64,000 nucleotides of DNA from Podarcis liolepis (taxonomy: Eukaryota): assembly GCA_965112155.1 (NCBI GenBank), contig OZ218111.1; one strand, written 5' to 3'. Shown one piece after another: positions 1 through 10,767 of this stretch. Under the pieces are notes generated by a model. The model was not told where the DNA came from. It worked only from the letters and a program-made list of their open reading frames with translations, and did not search any database. How positions within the stretch are numbered: the first letter of the stretch is position 1; each line of letters opens with the position of its first letter. The position numbers and the translations under genes are program-made.

Positions 1-32
1 CCCCCATTACATTTTTATTTATATGTATGTAT

Positions 33-54
33 GTGTGTGTGTGTGTGTGTGTGT

Positions 55-90
<36 letters not shown>
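33..90. repeat. (GT)12(AC)17 compound microsatellite
   Basis: Read directly. Confidence 0.95.
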
Positions 91-91
<1 letters not shown>

Positions 92-95
<4 letters not shown>

Positions 96-224
96 GGTAC
101 CTCGGGTTAAGAACTTAATTCGTTCTGGAGGTAAAGTTCTTAACCCAAGGTACTACTTCCGGGTTAGCAGAGTCTAACCTGAAGCATTTGTAACCTGAAG
201 CGTATGTAACCCGAGGTACCACTG
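92..224. mobile_element. Tc1/mariner-superfamily MITE (TIR CAGTGGTACCTCGGGTTA), short copy
   Basis: TIRs shared with the copies at 17261, 17935, 22166 and 43855; TA flank. Confidence 0.8.
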
Positions 225-576
225 TATATATATAAAAACACACACGCACACACACATATATATATATATATAATTTTAAAAAATATTTATATATAAGTGT
301 GTTTTTGACTACTGTTATGGATTTCTTTAAATTATACCCCACCTTTTCCACCAAGGAGCTCAAGGTGGCGCTCCAGATGCCTTAGCTGAGATTCCCAGAG
401 AGCAGGGGGTTGGGCTAGATGACCCTTAAGGTCCCTTCCAGCTCTACAATTCTATGATTCTCCCCCTCCTCATTCACTGGTGGTGCTTTGCTTTCATGGC
501 GCTGTTTGTTGTTTTTATGTTATGAAACGCTTAGGGTTGAAAAACTGGGAAATGCGGGGGGTGGGGGAGAGAATTG

Positions 577-578
<2 letters not shown>

Positions 579-612
<34 letters not shown>
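579..612. repeat. (GT)n microsatellite
   Basis: Read directly. Confidence 0.95.
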
Positions 613-616
<4 letters not shown>

Positions 617-743
617 GTTAAATGTTTTAAATATTTAAAGCAAATGAAGTAAGGAAACCCAGGGCCACCCTGCTACTGCTGAGGTTTAGCAAAGCAGAGG
701 AGGCTCCTTTAGGCTAACAGCTGGCACGCTCGTTTCTTTCCAG

Positions 744-827
744 CATCCATTGCAACAAGATAACGGCTGCTGGAGCTCAGCACCTGACGGACAGCTTGAG
801 GAAATGTCCCCGCGTCCGGAGTGTGGC
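744..827 (+). CDS. CIITA: CIITA penultimate coding exon (84 nt, leucine-rich repeat)
   Basis: Boundaries are tttctttccag|C and GC|gtaagt. It translates to IHCNKITAAGAQHLTDSLRKCPRVRSVA, matching the recalled human CIITA LRR VQYNKFTAAGAQQLAASLRRCPHVETLA. 84 nt is the typical NLR LRR exon size, the phase joins the exon at 2167, and synteny with DEXI/CLEC16A agrees. Confidence 0.92.
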
Positions 828-971
828 GTAAGTCTTTGGCTGGCTTGATATCCCACCTTGATCACGCAAATGCTCTCAGCTGGGTGCGGTTCCTGGTCAT
901 ATCCAAACCATGCATTTTGAGCCATATGATACAGCTTTGAACAGTCATGGCTTCCCCAATGCATCCAGTAG

Positions 972-1472
972 ACCACGCAGGTGGCGCTGTGGGCTGAACC
1001 AATTGGGCATGCCGATCAGAAGGTCGGCGGTTCGAATCCCCGTGATGGAGTGAGCTCCCATTGCTCTGTCCCAGCTCCTGCCAACCTACCAGTTCAAAAG
1101 CACACCAGTGCAAGTAGATAAATAGGTACCACTGCTGTGTGAAGGTAAACAGTGTTTCCGTGCGCTCTGGTTTCCGCCAAGGTATTCCGTTGTGCCAGTA
1201 GTGGCTTAGTCCTGTTGGCCACATGACCCGGAAAGGTGTCTGTGGACAAATGCTGGCTCCCTCAGCCTGAAAGTGAGATGAGTGCCTTATGTTTCCCTCC
1301 CCTTATGGTTTTGATCTATGGGCTACTTTTAAAATGAGGCTGCATTTTAAATTGCATTTTAACCTGTATTTTAAATTGGTCCCCCCCCATTATGTTTTTA
1401 CTGCAATTTTACTGGTGTTAGCCACCCTGAGCCCAGCTCTGGCCAGGGAGGGCGGGGTATAAATAAAATTAA

Positions 1473-1517
<45 letters not shown>

Positions 1518-1563
1518 CCCATAGTCGCCTTTGACTGCCGTCCAGGGGTCCTTTACCTTTACC
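972..1563 (+). mobile_element. Sauria/Squam1-type SINE interrupted by a LINE 3' tail
   Basis: tRNA-like head with GGTTCGAATCC B box and the same body as the copies at 3461, 7138 and 8877. It breaks at about 1286 and resumes at about 1515, ending in an ACCTTT tail. Confidence 0.85.
1287..1514 (+). mobile_element. LINE (L2-like) 3' tail ending in (TTA)n, nested in the SINE
   Basis: ttagccaccctgagccc...gggcggggtataaataaa followed by (TTA)n. The same tail occurs at 4650-4800 (+) and, reversed, at about 33073, 36255 and 51809. Confidence 0.7.
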
Positions 1564-2166
1564 ATTAATACACAAAACCCACGATTGTGAAACTTTTCTC
1601 TATATTATCTGGATTCCCATTCCCTTCTTCCATTATTTGCATATCTTACCCATATGTGCGTGTGTGTAGTTTTACTAATAATGGTGGGGGAGAAATGCAA
1701 TGCAGTTAAACATTTGAAAGGTGAACACACTTTGCAAATTGCATGAACTGAAACACAGCCGCTTTCGAAATCTTTGCTTCTCCAAATTTTGCAATGCGGT
1801 GCCAAGTAATGTGCAGAAAGATGCATGCACGAGGATAAAGTGTACATAAGAATGCATATTAGTGAAAAATAACATTAAAAATACATTGCATTGGGAGGAA
1901 ACGCCTTGCGAAAACGTCTGTATTGGGGCAACAGGGCATGCAAAGCTGTTTGCATTAGGAGAAATTTGTACTGAAATGCTGATATTTAATGAAGACTTTG
2001 AAAGAAATGCAAACTTACATGGAAATGAAGAGATTTGAAAATTGTAAATACAAAAAATTGAGAGAAACTGAAATCCACAGATTTGTATATCCTTGCTCAA
2101 GATAAGGGGCTTCAACAAAGCAAATTTCCTTATTCTGTTTTCTTTTCTTCAACCCCCCTTTTTCAG

Positions 2167-2242
2167 GCTATGGAACCCCACTATTCCCCATGGACTTCTA
2201 GATCATCTGCAGCAGCTGGATTCTCGAATCAGATTACTCTAG
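2167..2242 (+). CDS. CIITA: CIITA last coding exon with stop codon
   Basis: Acceptor is cttttttcag|G. It translates to (A)LWNPTIPHGLLDHLQQLDSRIRLL* with TAG at 2240-2242, matching the recalled human C-terminus AMWTPTIPFSVQEHLQQQDSRISLR. Confidence 0.93.
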
Positions 2243-2611
2243 ATCCAGCAAAACCAGGGCCAAACAAGGTTGGGATTTTGAAATGCGTAAGTATTTTGAA
2301 TCGGTATTTAGGATGTTCTTGGCTCCTGCATTCTGCTCTCCTGTAAAAAGTGATAGTCCCTCTTAAATGAAATATTCCTGCTGATTCCACCCCCCCCCCC
2401 TCAAATGACCATGCCGCCCCATCCATTATCAGGAGTTCAATATGTGGAGCTGGAATTGTCTGCCAGCCATCTCAGATACTGTGGTCAGATATTAAAACCC
2501 CCAGATTCTGCCGCTAGAATAAATTGCGTCCCTATATGTAGTTTAAATGTTATTTATGTTTATATAGACCTGTGTCTGAATTCTGCTAGCACTGATCTAA
2601 GGTACAATTTG

Positions 2612-2915
2612 CTCTATACATTTAAAGCAGTATTATGCCACTTTAAATTGTCATGGCTTCCCCCAAAGATTCCTGGGAAATGTAGTTAGTTAGGGCCTTG
2701 TTCGGAGACCCCTGTTCCCACCAGGGAGCTACAATTCCCAGAGTTCCCTGGGAAGAGGGAATGACCGCTAAACCAGTCTGGGAAATGTAGTTCTGTGAAG
2801 GGAACAAGGGGCTTCCTCACATTGCTCAGCACCCTTAGCAAACTACACTTCCCAAGATTCTCTGGGAGAAGCTGTGCCTGTTTAAAGTGGTATCGTCGTG
2901 CTTCAAATGTACAGC
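2612..2915. mobile_element. Long palindromic MITE-like repeat (about 300 bp)
   Basis: Imperfect inverted arms with repeated ACTACA.TTCCCAG motifs. Related copies lie near 11030-11230, 13760-13880, 16910-17045 and 51990-52285. Confidence 0.65.
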
Positions 2916-3460
2916 GCAGAAGGGACCTGAACGCCAAATAAATTTTAAATGGGTCTGAAAGCAGATCAACTAAAATGAAAATGCATTATTATTACTATTA
3001 CTATTACTATTATTATTATTATTATTTTAAAAAACGGTTCAAGGTATCATTCCACCTATTGAAATGTGCAGTGCAGATGGGCTCTGCCTATCATTGGCTC
3101 TGGCGCCACCTACAATTGGAAGGCAAGGTTGGAAATTGATTCTGTTCCCCACCCATTTTCCCTTTTAACCCAGTACAGGCATTCAGTTCCCAGGAGGCTT
3201 CCCAGGAGGGAATGCCTCTCGCTGGCCACTGCAGGTCTAATCCAACTCTTTCTATGTCCTCTTGGCCCACTTGAGAGGTCTTAGCAGGAAAGTGTGTTTA
3301 AGTTGTACTCAGCTAGCTTTTGCTCAGAACAAACCCATTGAAAGCAACGGACCTAGCTTAGCCATGTCTTTGCATTGTTTAGCACCGCAGGGAGAAGATC
3401 GCGTGAAAACGTTGGCTTCAGAATGCAGACTAGGGGGTTTTAAAAGAGGATTAATGGAGG

Positions 3461-3809
3461 AGACGCGGGTGGCGCTGTCGGTTAAACCACAGAGCCTAGG
3501 ACTTGCTGATCAGAAGGTTGGCAGTTCGAATCCCCACGACGGGGTGAGCTCCTGTTGCTCGGTACCAGCTCCTACCAACCTAGCAGTTCGAAAGCACGTT
3601 AAAGTGCAAGTAGATAAATAGGTACTGCTCCGGCGGGAAGGTAAACGGCGTTTCCGTGTGCTGCTCTGGTTCGCCAGAAGCGGCTTAGTCATGCTGGCCA
3701 CATGACCCGGAAGCTGTACGCCGGCTCCCTTGGCCAATAAAGCGAGATGAGCGCCGCAACCCCAGTGTCGTCCGTGACTGGACCTAATGGTCAGGGGTCC
3801 CTTTACATT
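3461..3809 (+). mobile_element. Sauria/Squam1-type SINE, full length
   Basis: Full consensus-like body with a TTAATGGAGGA direct repeat (TSD) on both sides, inserted in a CR1-like tail. Confidence 0.9.
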
Positions 3810-4314
3810 TTAATGGAGGAGAGGGCTACCGATGGCTACTAGCCCCAAAGGCTTAATCCACTGCCTTCACAGTTGGAGGCAGAGATGCTCCCAGATAAAT
3901 GGCAGATGCTGGAAACCACAGGAGAGGAGAGTGTGGCTCTCGCACTCGGGTCTTGCATGGAGGTTTCCCATCGGGACGTCTGAGTGACCACTGTGAAATC
4001 AGGGTGCAAGACTCTTCTGATGTTACACCCTTAATAAAAGCAAGCCAGAAAAGATGTGTGTGTTTATGACTTGACAGGCACATCCTTCCGAACGGTGGAT
4101 GAAGGAGCTGACATTTTGCATGGGATGCTTCATGAATGAAAATGGGAAATCGACAACATCCGGCTATGGGAGGCCTCTGTCCTGGAGGCATGGATTTGGG
4201 AAATAGATTGACACGGTTTTGAGGAGCCACAAGAGAATGCAAAGCGCAGTTTCTGCAAAATGATCTTTAGTAGCTGAATAGACTGTGGAGCAGTGCAAGG
4301 TCTTTTTGTGTATA

Positions 4315-4975
4315 CAGTGGTACCTTGGTTCTCAAACATGCATCCCGGAAGTCTGTTCCAAAACCAAAGCGTTCCACAACCAAGGCGCGCTTTGCCACAG
4401 AAAGTAATGCAAAATGGATTAATCCGTTCCAGACTTTTGAAAACATCCCCTAAAACAGCAATTTAACATGAATTTTACTATCTAACGAGACTATTGATCC
4501 ATATAATGAAAGCAATAAACAATGTACTGCAGTCACAAAATCAATCAATCAATCAGTAGCTGAACTGGGTTCCACACAGTCACAAAAACAAACAAAAAAG
4601 AGCCGCAAAAACAAAAGCACTAAATAAATAGGAAAAACAGACACTCCAAATGGAATTTTAAATTGTATTTTTAACCTGTATTTTAAATTGTCCCCCCCCC
4701 ATTATGTTTTTATTGTAATTTTACTGGTGTTAGCCGCCTGAGCCCAGCTCTGGCCGGGGAGGGCGGGGTATAAATAAAAATTTATTATTATTATTATTAA
4801 GTGTGTAACACTCAAAACAGAAGCATAACACTCAAATTGGAAGCACAACACTCAAAACAGAACATGTTCAGCTTCCAAAAAAAGTTCGCAAACTGAAACA
4901 CTTACTTCCGGATTTGCAGTGTTTGGGTTCCAAGTTGTTTGAGTACCAAGGCGTTTGAGAACCAAGGTACCACTG
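4315..4975. mobile_element. Tc1/mariner-superfamily MITE with a nested LINE tail
   Basis: TA|CAGTGGTACCTTGGTTCTCAAAC ... GTTTGAGAACCAAGGTACCACTG|TA; LINE tail inside at about 4650-4800. Confidence 0.85.
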
Positions 4976-5097
4976 TACACACATTTCTTATTAGACCATT
5001 GTAGATTTCCCACGCCCCCTCCCGGTCTCTGTCTGTGAGTCATTTGAACACGGTTTTACCGTGTGTGCAACCTTCAGTGAATATGCATATAATCTTC

Positions 5098-5103
5098 AAT
5101 AAA
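5098..5103 (+). terminator. CIITA: Candidate CIITA polyadenylation signal AATAAA
   Basis: AATAAA in non-repeat sequence, followed by a GT/T-rich stretch, between the CIITA stop and the presumed DEXI 3' end. No transcript evidence. Confidence 0.35.
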
Positions 5104-5399
5104 TGTGTGTTAAATCTTTTAGGTAACCTCTTTGCAAGCACCTTCTTTGATGGTTGCAGAGAGGGCTATTTATCCTAGAAACATAGCTGGGGCTGCAAAT
5201 CCAACCGCAGGCAGAATGCAGCAGATCTACTGCTATCCAAGCTCAGCTTAAAAGCCTCTAATGGAGGAGGCAGCGCCTTTCAAGGTTTCTTCTCAACAAT
5301 TCTGCTGTCATTGGAGCACAATGGCTCGGGCCCTGCTGTCTGGCGCGACACAAGATAACCGCAAGAAGACACGGGAACTGAAAGTGCATCACAGATAAA

Positions 5400-6763
5400 T
5401 GAATGAGCAACACTCTCGATCAGTTGACCTGCATACTTGTGTATTTGAAAGAGGCTGGTTATCAATATATTGCTTTTTACATTATTATTTTTTTAAACAT
5501 AAGAACTGCATTTCAACACTAGGCAAAATAACGTGGGAATTAACAAGACCCCCTTCCTTTCCCAAAATTACAAAAATACTTACAAAAGCAATTCTTTCCC
5601 GTAACACTGTGTGGCAGACGCACCGACTCGCTGCAATTCTCTTCATTTTTTTATTCTTTAAAAGGCGACATTTTGAGGGTTATGAAATGAGTTCCTGAAG
5701 CTTAATGGGATTAGGGTGGGGGTTTTTTTCCTTTCAGAAAAGTGTGACCTGTTCTATAGCTCATCAACAGCAAATGCAGATTGTCGGCTGGGAGGTTATG
5801 ATGATGGCAGAGCAGATCCTGCACATTAATAGGAAGGGTGCAACTGCAGTCCCTGTGGGCTAGTAACAACTCTGGATGCAAGTGTTCCCACATCAAACTC
5901 TCCCTTGCTTGCAGAAATCTAACATGTCAGGGAGAAGGCTCCTTTAACAACACGCAAACTTTCCATACACAAACTTCGACATGGCAGAGATTTTTTAAAG
6001 CAACCACTCACGTGCATTGCAGAGTTGTACTGGTGATACACAAGGAATGCACCAGGTCCTGAACCGAAGGTAGCTACCCTTATGAGACCGGTCTGTGAAA
6101 ACTGGGCACCACATGCAAGGTTGTGGGGACGGCCAAAACCAACCCTCTAACTGTGTGCAGACGGTGCAATAATGTGCCAGGGCTCTCTTGCAATACTTCT
6201 TGAGATCTCATGGCGGTTTTTCCAGCACCCCTTAAAAAAACAGGGATTGGGAGCCTTCCAGATGTGGTTCAGTGCCAACTCCCGTCAGCCCCCAGCCAGC
6301 ATGGTTGATGCTCAGGGATGGTGGGAGTTGTAGTTCAGAAATATCTGGATAATTGTAAGTCTCCCCCACCATGTAAAACCATGCCCCATCCTGCTCCATC
6401 AACCACTTTATCAGGCGTGGGGAAAATCTTTGGCCCTCCAGATTTTGCTGAACTGCAGCTCCCATCATCCCTGGGCTTTGGCCGTGCTTGCTGGGGTTGA
6501 TGGGATTTGTAGTTCAGCAATATCTGGTCCCCCTCTCACCACACGCCTGCACTCAGGCTTCTTATCCTGACAGTACCACCTAGCTCAACATATCGGCATC
6601 GACTTCTCCGTTCCCTGGAAGTTTGTGACGTGTGATTGGCAGCCCGGCTCACCGTTAAAAATGACCCGGCAGTGTTTCTCGTGACTTGGAAGCCCTTCTG
6701 GAATCTCTAAGCAAATTCTGATAGGTGTGCATAATCGGTTTCCTGCAGAATCATGGCAAATCC
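5400..6763 (-). other. DEXI: Candidate DEXI non-coding terminal exon (3' UTR); 3' end approximate
   Basis: Strong minus-strand acceptor tttgcttgtttttcag|G, with the AG at plus-strand 6764-6765. U-rich UTR-like unique sequence lies at about 5450-5650. Human DEXI has a non-coding second exon near the CIITA 3' end. Confidence 0.3.
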
Positions 6764-7137
6764 CTGAAAAACAAGCAAATACTGAGGACATCCTCAGCCA
6801 GGCTGTTAGGAAGCCCACGTTGCTCTGGAAGCCGTTTCCTCTTGCAGAGATGCAAGTTCACGACCGTGCCGTCTTGCCCCGTAATCTGGTGCTCCCAGCT
6901 TCTTTTTCAAATGCGCAGAAAACGTGTGCAAATCTGGATTTCAAAAAAGGAAAAGGAAACGTTACACAAGAGAAAAGCACGCCCAGGGAGAGGACAGAGC
7001 AGGATGAAATTAAGCAGGAAACAGAAAGTGATTTCCCTCCCTGTTTCAGAATTCTCAAACCCTGATGGGTTGCATCTCAGTGTTAGTCCCGTTCAGAGTA
7101 GATCTATTGGAATTAATGGAGACTAGTAACACAGGCA

Positions 7138-7494
7138 GGGACACGGGTGGCGCTGTGGGTTAAACCACAGAGCCTAAGGCTTGCCGATCAGAAGGTCAAC
7201 GGTTCGAATGCCCGCGACGGAGTGAGCTCCCGTTGCTCAGTCCCTGCTCCTGCCAACCTAGCAGTTTGAAAGCACGCCAGTGCAAGTAGATAAATAGGTA
7301 CCGCTCTGGTGGGAAGGTAAACAGCGTTTCCGTGCGCTGCTCTGGTTCGCCAGAAGCGGCTTAGTCATGCTGGCCACATGACCCGGAAGCTGTATGCCGG
7401 CTCCCTCGGCCAGTAAAGCGAGATGAGTGCCACAACCGCAGAGTCGGCCACGACTGGACCTAATGGTCAGGGGTCCTTTTACCTTTACCTTTAC
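7138..7494 (+). mobile_element. Sauria/Squam1-type SINE, full length
   Basis: (ACCTTT)n tail; TSD TAACACAGGCA at 7127-7137 and 7495-7505. Confidence 0.92.
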
Positions 7495-7636
7495 TAACAC
7501 AGGCATCTGGTTGGAGACAGAAAACAGGATGCTGAATTAGAAAGCCTTAGCTCCAATTGAGTTGGGCTCTTCTTACTTTCCTAAAACACCTTTGTCTCTT
7601 AGGAGTAAAAGAAGCTGCCTTATACTGAGTCAGTGT

Positions 7637-7880
7637 CATAGAACTGTGCGGTTGGAAGGGACCCTGAGGGTCATCTAGTCAAACCCCGTGCAACGAAGGA
7701 ATCTCAACAAGCATCCTTGACAGATAATCATCTGACCCCCAAGGAAGGAGAGTCTACCACCTCTTGTGGGAGTCTGTTCCAATGTCAAACAGCTCTTACT
7801 GTCCGAAAGTTCACCCTGATGTTTAGTAGGAATCTCCTTTCTTGTGACTTGAAGCCATGGGTTCAGGTCCTACCCTCTGA
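7637..7880 (-). mobile_element. CR1 LINE 3' end, reverse orientation
   Basis: tcatagaa...gttggaagggaccctgagggtcatctagtc followed by the reverse complement of the ORF2 end. Confidence 0.7.
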
Positions 7881-8216
7881 GTAGCTCCTAGTGTTACCTA
7901 CACTGACTGGCAGGGTATCAGGCAGGGGTCCTTCCCTGATGCTGGAATTTGAACCTGGGACCTCCTTCATCTGAAGCAGATGTTCCACACCTCAGAGTTA
8001 TGGCCATTCCCCAGATAAAGCAAGATCCTACAAAAACCAGGGCATGCCATTTTAGGGTCTGAAACGTAAATGTTTGCACATTTCTGCAATGAGGGGCCTT
8101 AAAAACAAGTTTTTGGGTGTGAGGAATTCAGACCTGCTATTATTTTTGTGACTGGACAATACTTAGCTTGGTGTAAGAAGCACATAAACTGCTTTTGGAA
8201 AACCAAAGAAATTTAA

Positions 8217-8249
<33 letters not shown>

Positions 8250-8876
8250 TTATATACCACCCTATACCCAGGGGGGGCCTCAGGGTGGTTCACAGAATAA
8301 AATCAAGATATAAAACCATAAAATGCCTAGTAAAAATAAAAACACTAACCCAATACCCCCCCACAAAAACCCCACATCATCATCATCATTATTATTATTT
8401 ATTTTACCTTCTGGAAATGCCAGGTATAATCATCATCATCATCATCATCAACCATTTGTATTGAGTTCTATGCAGTTTTACACACATTTTACTTAACAAG
8501 AAAAACTAAATTATATTAATTTAACCAAATCATCTTTTGAATCCCCAAGTCATGTTACAACTTCTTAGCACCCCTCATTTTTTGAATTTGAAAGTTAAGC
8601 TATTCAGCATGCCCTGATCCCGCATGGTTCTGGAAAAAAGGTTGAAATAGGAAGTTAGGAAACTCTCCTTTATCGAGTCAGACAATGGGTCCAACTATAC
8701 CACAACTGACTGGTAGCACCTCTCCAGATTTTCAGACAGGACACTTTCTCCACACCCTATTTGGAGATACTGAGGATCAAACCTGGGACCTTCTGCATGC
8801 AAAGCAGGTGTCCTACCCACTGAGCTACAACCCTTCCCCAAGGCTGATGCCAATTATCACAGGTAATGCAAGCAGG

Positions 8877-9235
8877 AGGGACGCGGGTGGCGCTGTGGGT
8901 TAAACCACAGAGCCTAGGACTTGCCGATCAGAAGGTTGGGGGTTCGAATCCCCACGACGGGGTGAGCTCCCGTTGCTCAGTCCCTGCTCCTGCCAACCTA
9001 GAGAATCAAAAGCACGTCAAAGTGCAAGTAGATAAATAGGTACCACTCCGGCGGGAAGGTAAACAGTGTTTCCATGCGCTGCTCTGGTTCGCCAGAAGCA
9101 GCTTAGTCATGCTGGCCACATGACCCAGAAGCTGTACGCCGGCTCCCTCAGCCAGTTGTGAGATGAGCCCCGCAACCCCAGAGTCGTCCGCGACTGGACC
9201 TAATGGTCAGGGGTCCCTTTATCTTTACCTTTACC
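8877..9235 (+). mobile_element. Sauria/Squam1-type SINE, full length
   Basis: ACCTTT tail; TSD TAAT(G/A)CAAGCAGG. Confidence 0.92.
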
Positions 9236-9709
9236 TAATACAAGCAGGTATTATTATTTTCCTATTCTGCCGTTCCTACTGCAGGAACCCATAAACCGTT
9301 TTACCCAGCTTTCCTGGAGGCTGAGCGGTCAATAACATCTTCTGTTTTGAAACCAGATCATCTCCTGCGCTTGCTAAATCTGTATGACATTGATGGATTC
9401 CCGAGGCGCAGGCAGTGCCAAGCCAAAGCCGCCTGCTTTTTATATACCCTGCATTGCAACAATTGCCACAGCTTTGGGCAGCGACAGATTCCTTTTAATG
9501 CTCTCCGTCTGGCCACCATCTTTCTGCAAAGTCAGTGCATTAACGGTATTTCGGCTCAAATGGCCAAAAGTGCACTTTGCGACTCAGGACAAAGGGAGGG
9601 GGTGCTTTGGGGGACCTGTGAAGAGGAACCAAATGCTCTGATGGAGGAAACGTGATGGTCAGCTCCCAGACTCACCCCACACCGGGAGCACAGCGTTGTG
9701 CAGTTCAGA

Positions 9710-10518
9710 CAGTGCCGGATTTATGTATAAGCTAAACAAGCTATAGCTTAGGGCCCCACTCTCTTGGGGGGCCCCCCAAAAAAATTAAAGGGGAAAAAAC
9801 CTGGATGTACATTTCCAAAATATAAGATAAAAAAACAAATAAAATAAAACCTGCATACAGCAGCAGTGTTTTGTGTTGTGTAGGTTCCTATCATGTAAGT
9901 AATGGGCCCCACCTGCTAGCCTGCTCCCTAAAATATCACTGGTTTGCTCATTTCTATATATAGGGTGGCGCTGTGGGTTAAATCACAGAGCCTAGGACTT
10001 GCGGATCAGAAGGTCAGCGGTTCGAATCCCCGTGACAGGGTGAGTTCCCGTTGCTCGGGCCCTGCTCCTGCCAACCTAGCAGTTCGAAAGCACGTCAAAC
10101 TGCAAGTAAATAAATAGGTACCACTCTGGCAGGAAGGTAAACGGCGTTTCCGTGCGCTACTCTGGTTCGCCAGAAGCGGCTTAGTCATGCTGGCTACATG
10201 CTCCCTCAGCCAGTAAAGCGAGATGAGCGCCGCAACTGCAGAGTTGGTCACGACTGGACCTAATGGTCAGGGGTCCCTTTACCTTTACCTTTATGTATAG
10301 GGTGCCTACATTCTGCATGGACTGGTTGTAACAATTACTTGGATAAAATACATGTTAACATGTAAATGGCTTTAGATACCTATTAGGTCTGTAAATTACC
10401 ATATACATATATTCAACACAAAAACTAGAGGCAACTTGTTGTTGACAAAGGACAGCTGGACATATAAAGGGCCCCATTGCCTTCGGTAGCTTAGGGCCTC
10501 ATCAAACCTACCAAATCC
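9710..10518 (+). mobile_element. hAT-type MITE, family A (TIR CAG(T/G)GCCGGATTTA), carrying a nested SINE
   Basis: Same sequence as 16375-16797 and the reverse complement of 19677-20007. Confidence 0.8.
9964..10291 (+). mobile_element. Sauria/Squam1-type SINE nested in a hAT MITE
   Basis: TSD TAT(A/G)TATAGGGTG. The uninterrupted host site is visible in the MITE copy at about 16588. Confidence 0.9.
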
Positions 10519-10631
10519 ATAGCTGTCAACTTTTCCCTTTTCTTGCGAGGAATCCTATTCGGAATAAGGTGCTCCCCGTTCCGCCCGCCTCACCGAAGCA
10601 GCACACTGAGCAAGAAGTGGGGAGGATAGGC

Positions 10632-10767
10632 CAGTGGTGGCCAAACTCGGCCCTCCAGCTGTTTTGGGACTACAATTCCCATTATCCCTGACCACTGGTC
10701 CTGTTAGCTAGGGATGATGGGAGTTGTAGTCCATAAATAGCTGGAGGGCCAAGTTTGGCCACCACTG
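10632..10767. mobile_element. Short palindromic hAT MITE (about 135 bp)
   Basis: Near-perfect hairpin; TSD GGATAGGC / GGGTAGGC. Confidence 0.85.
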
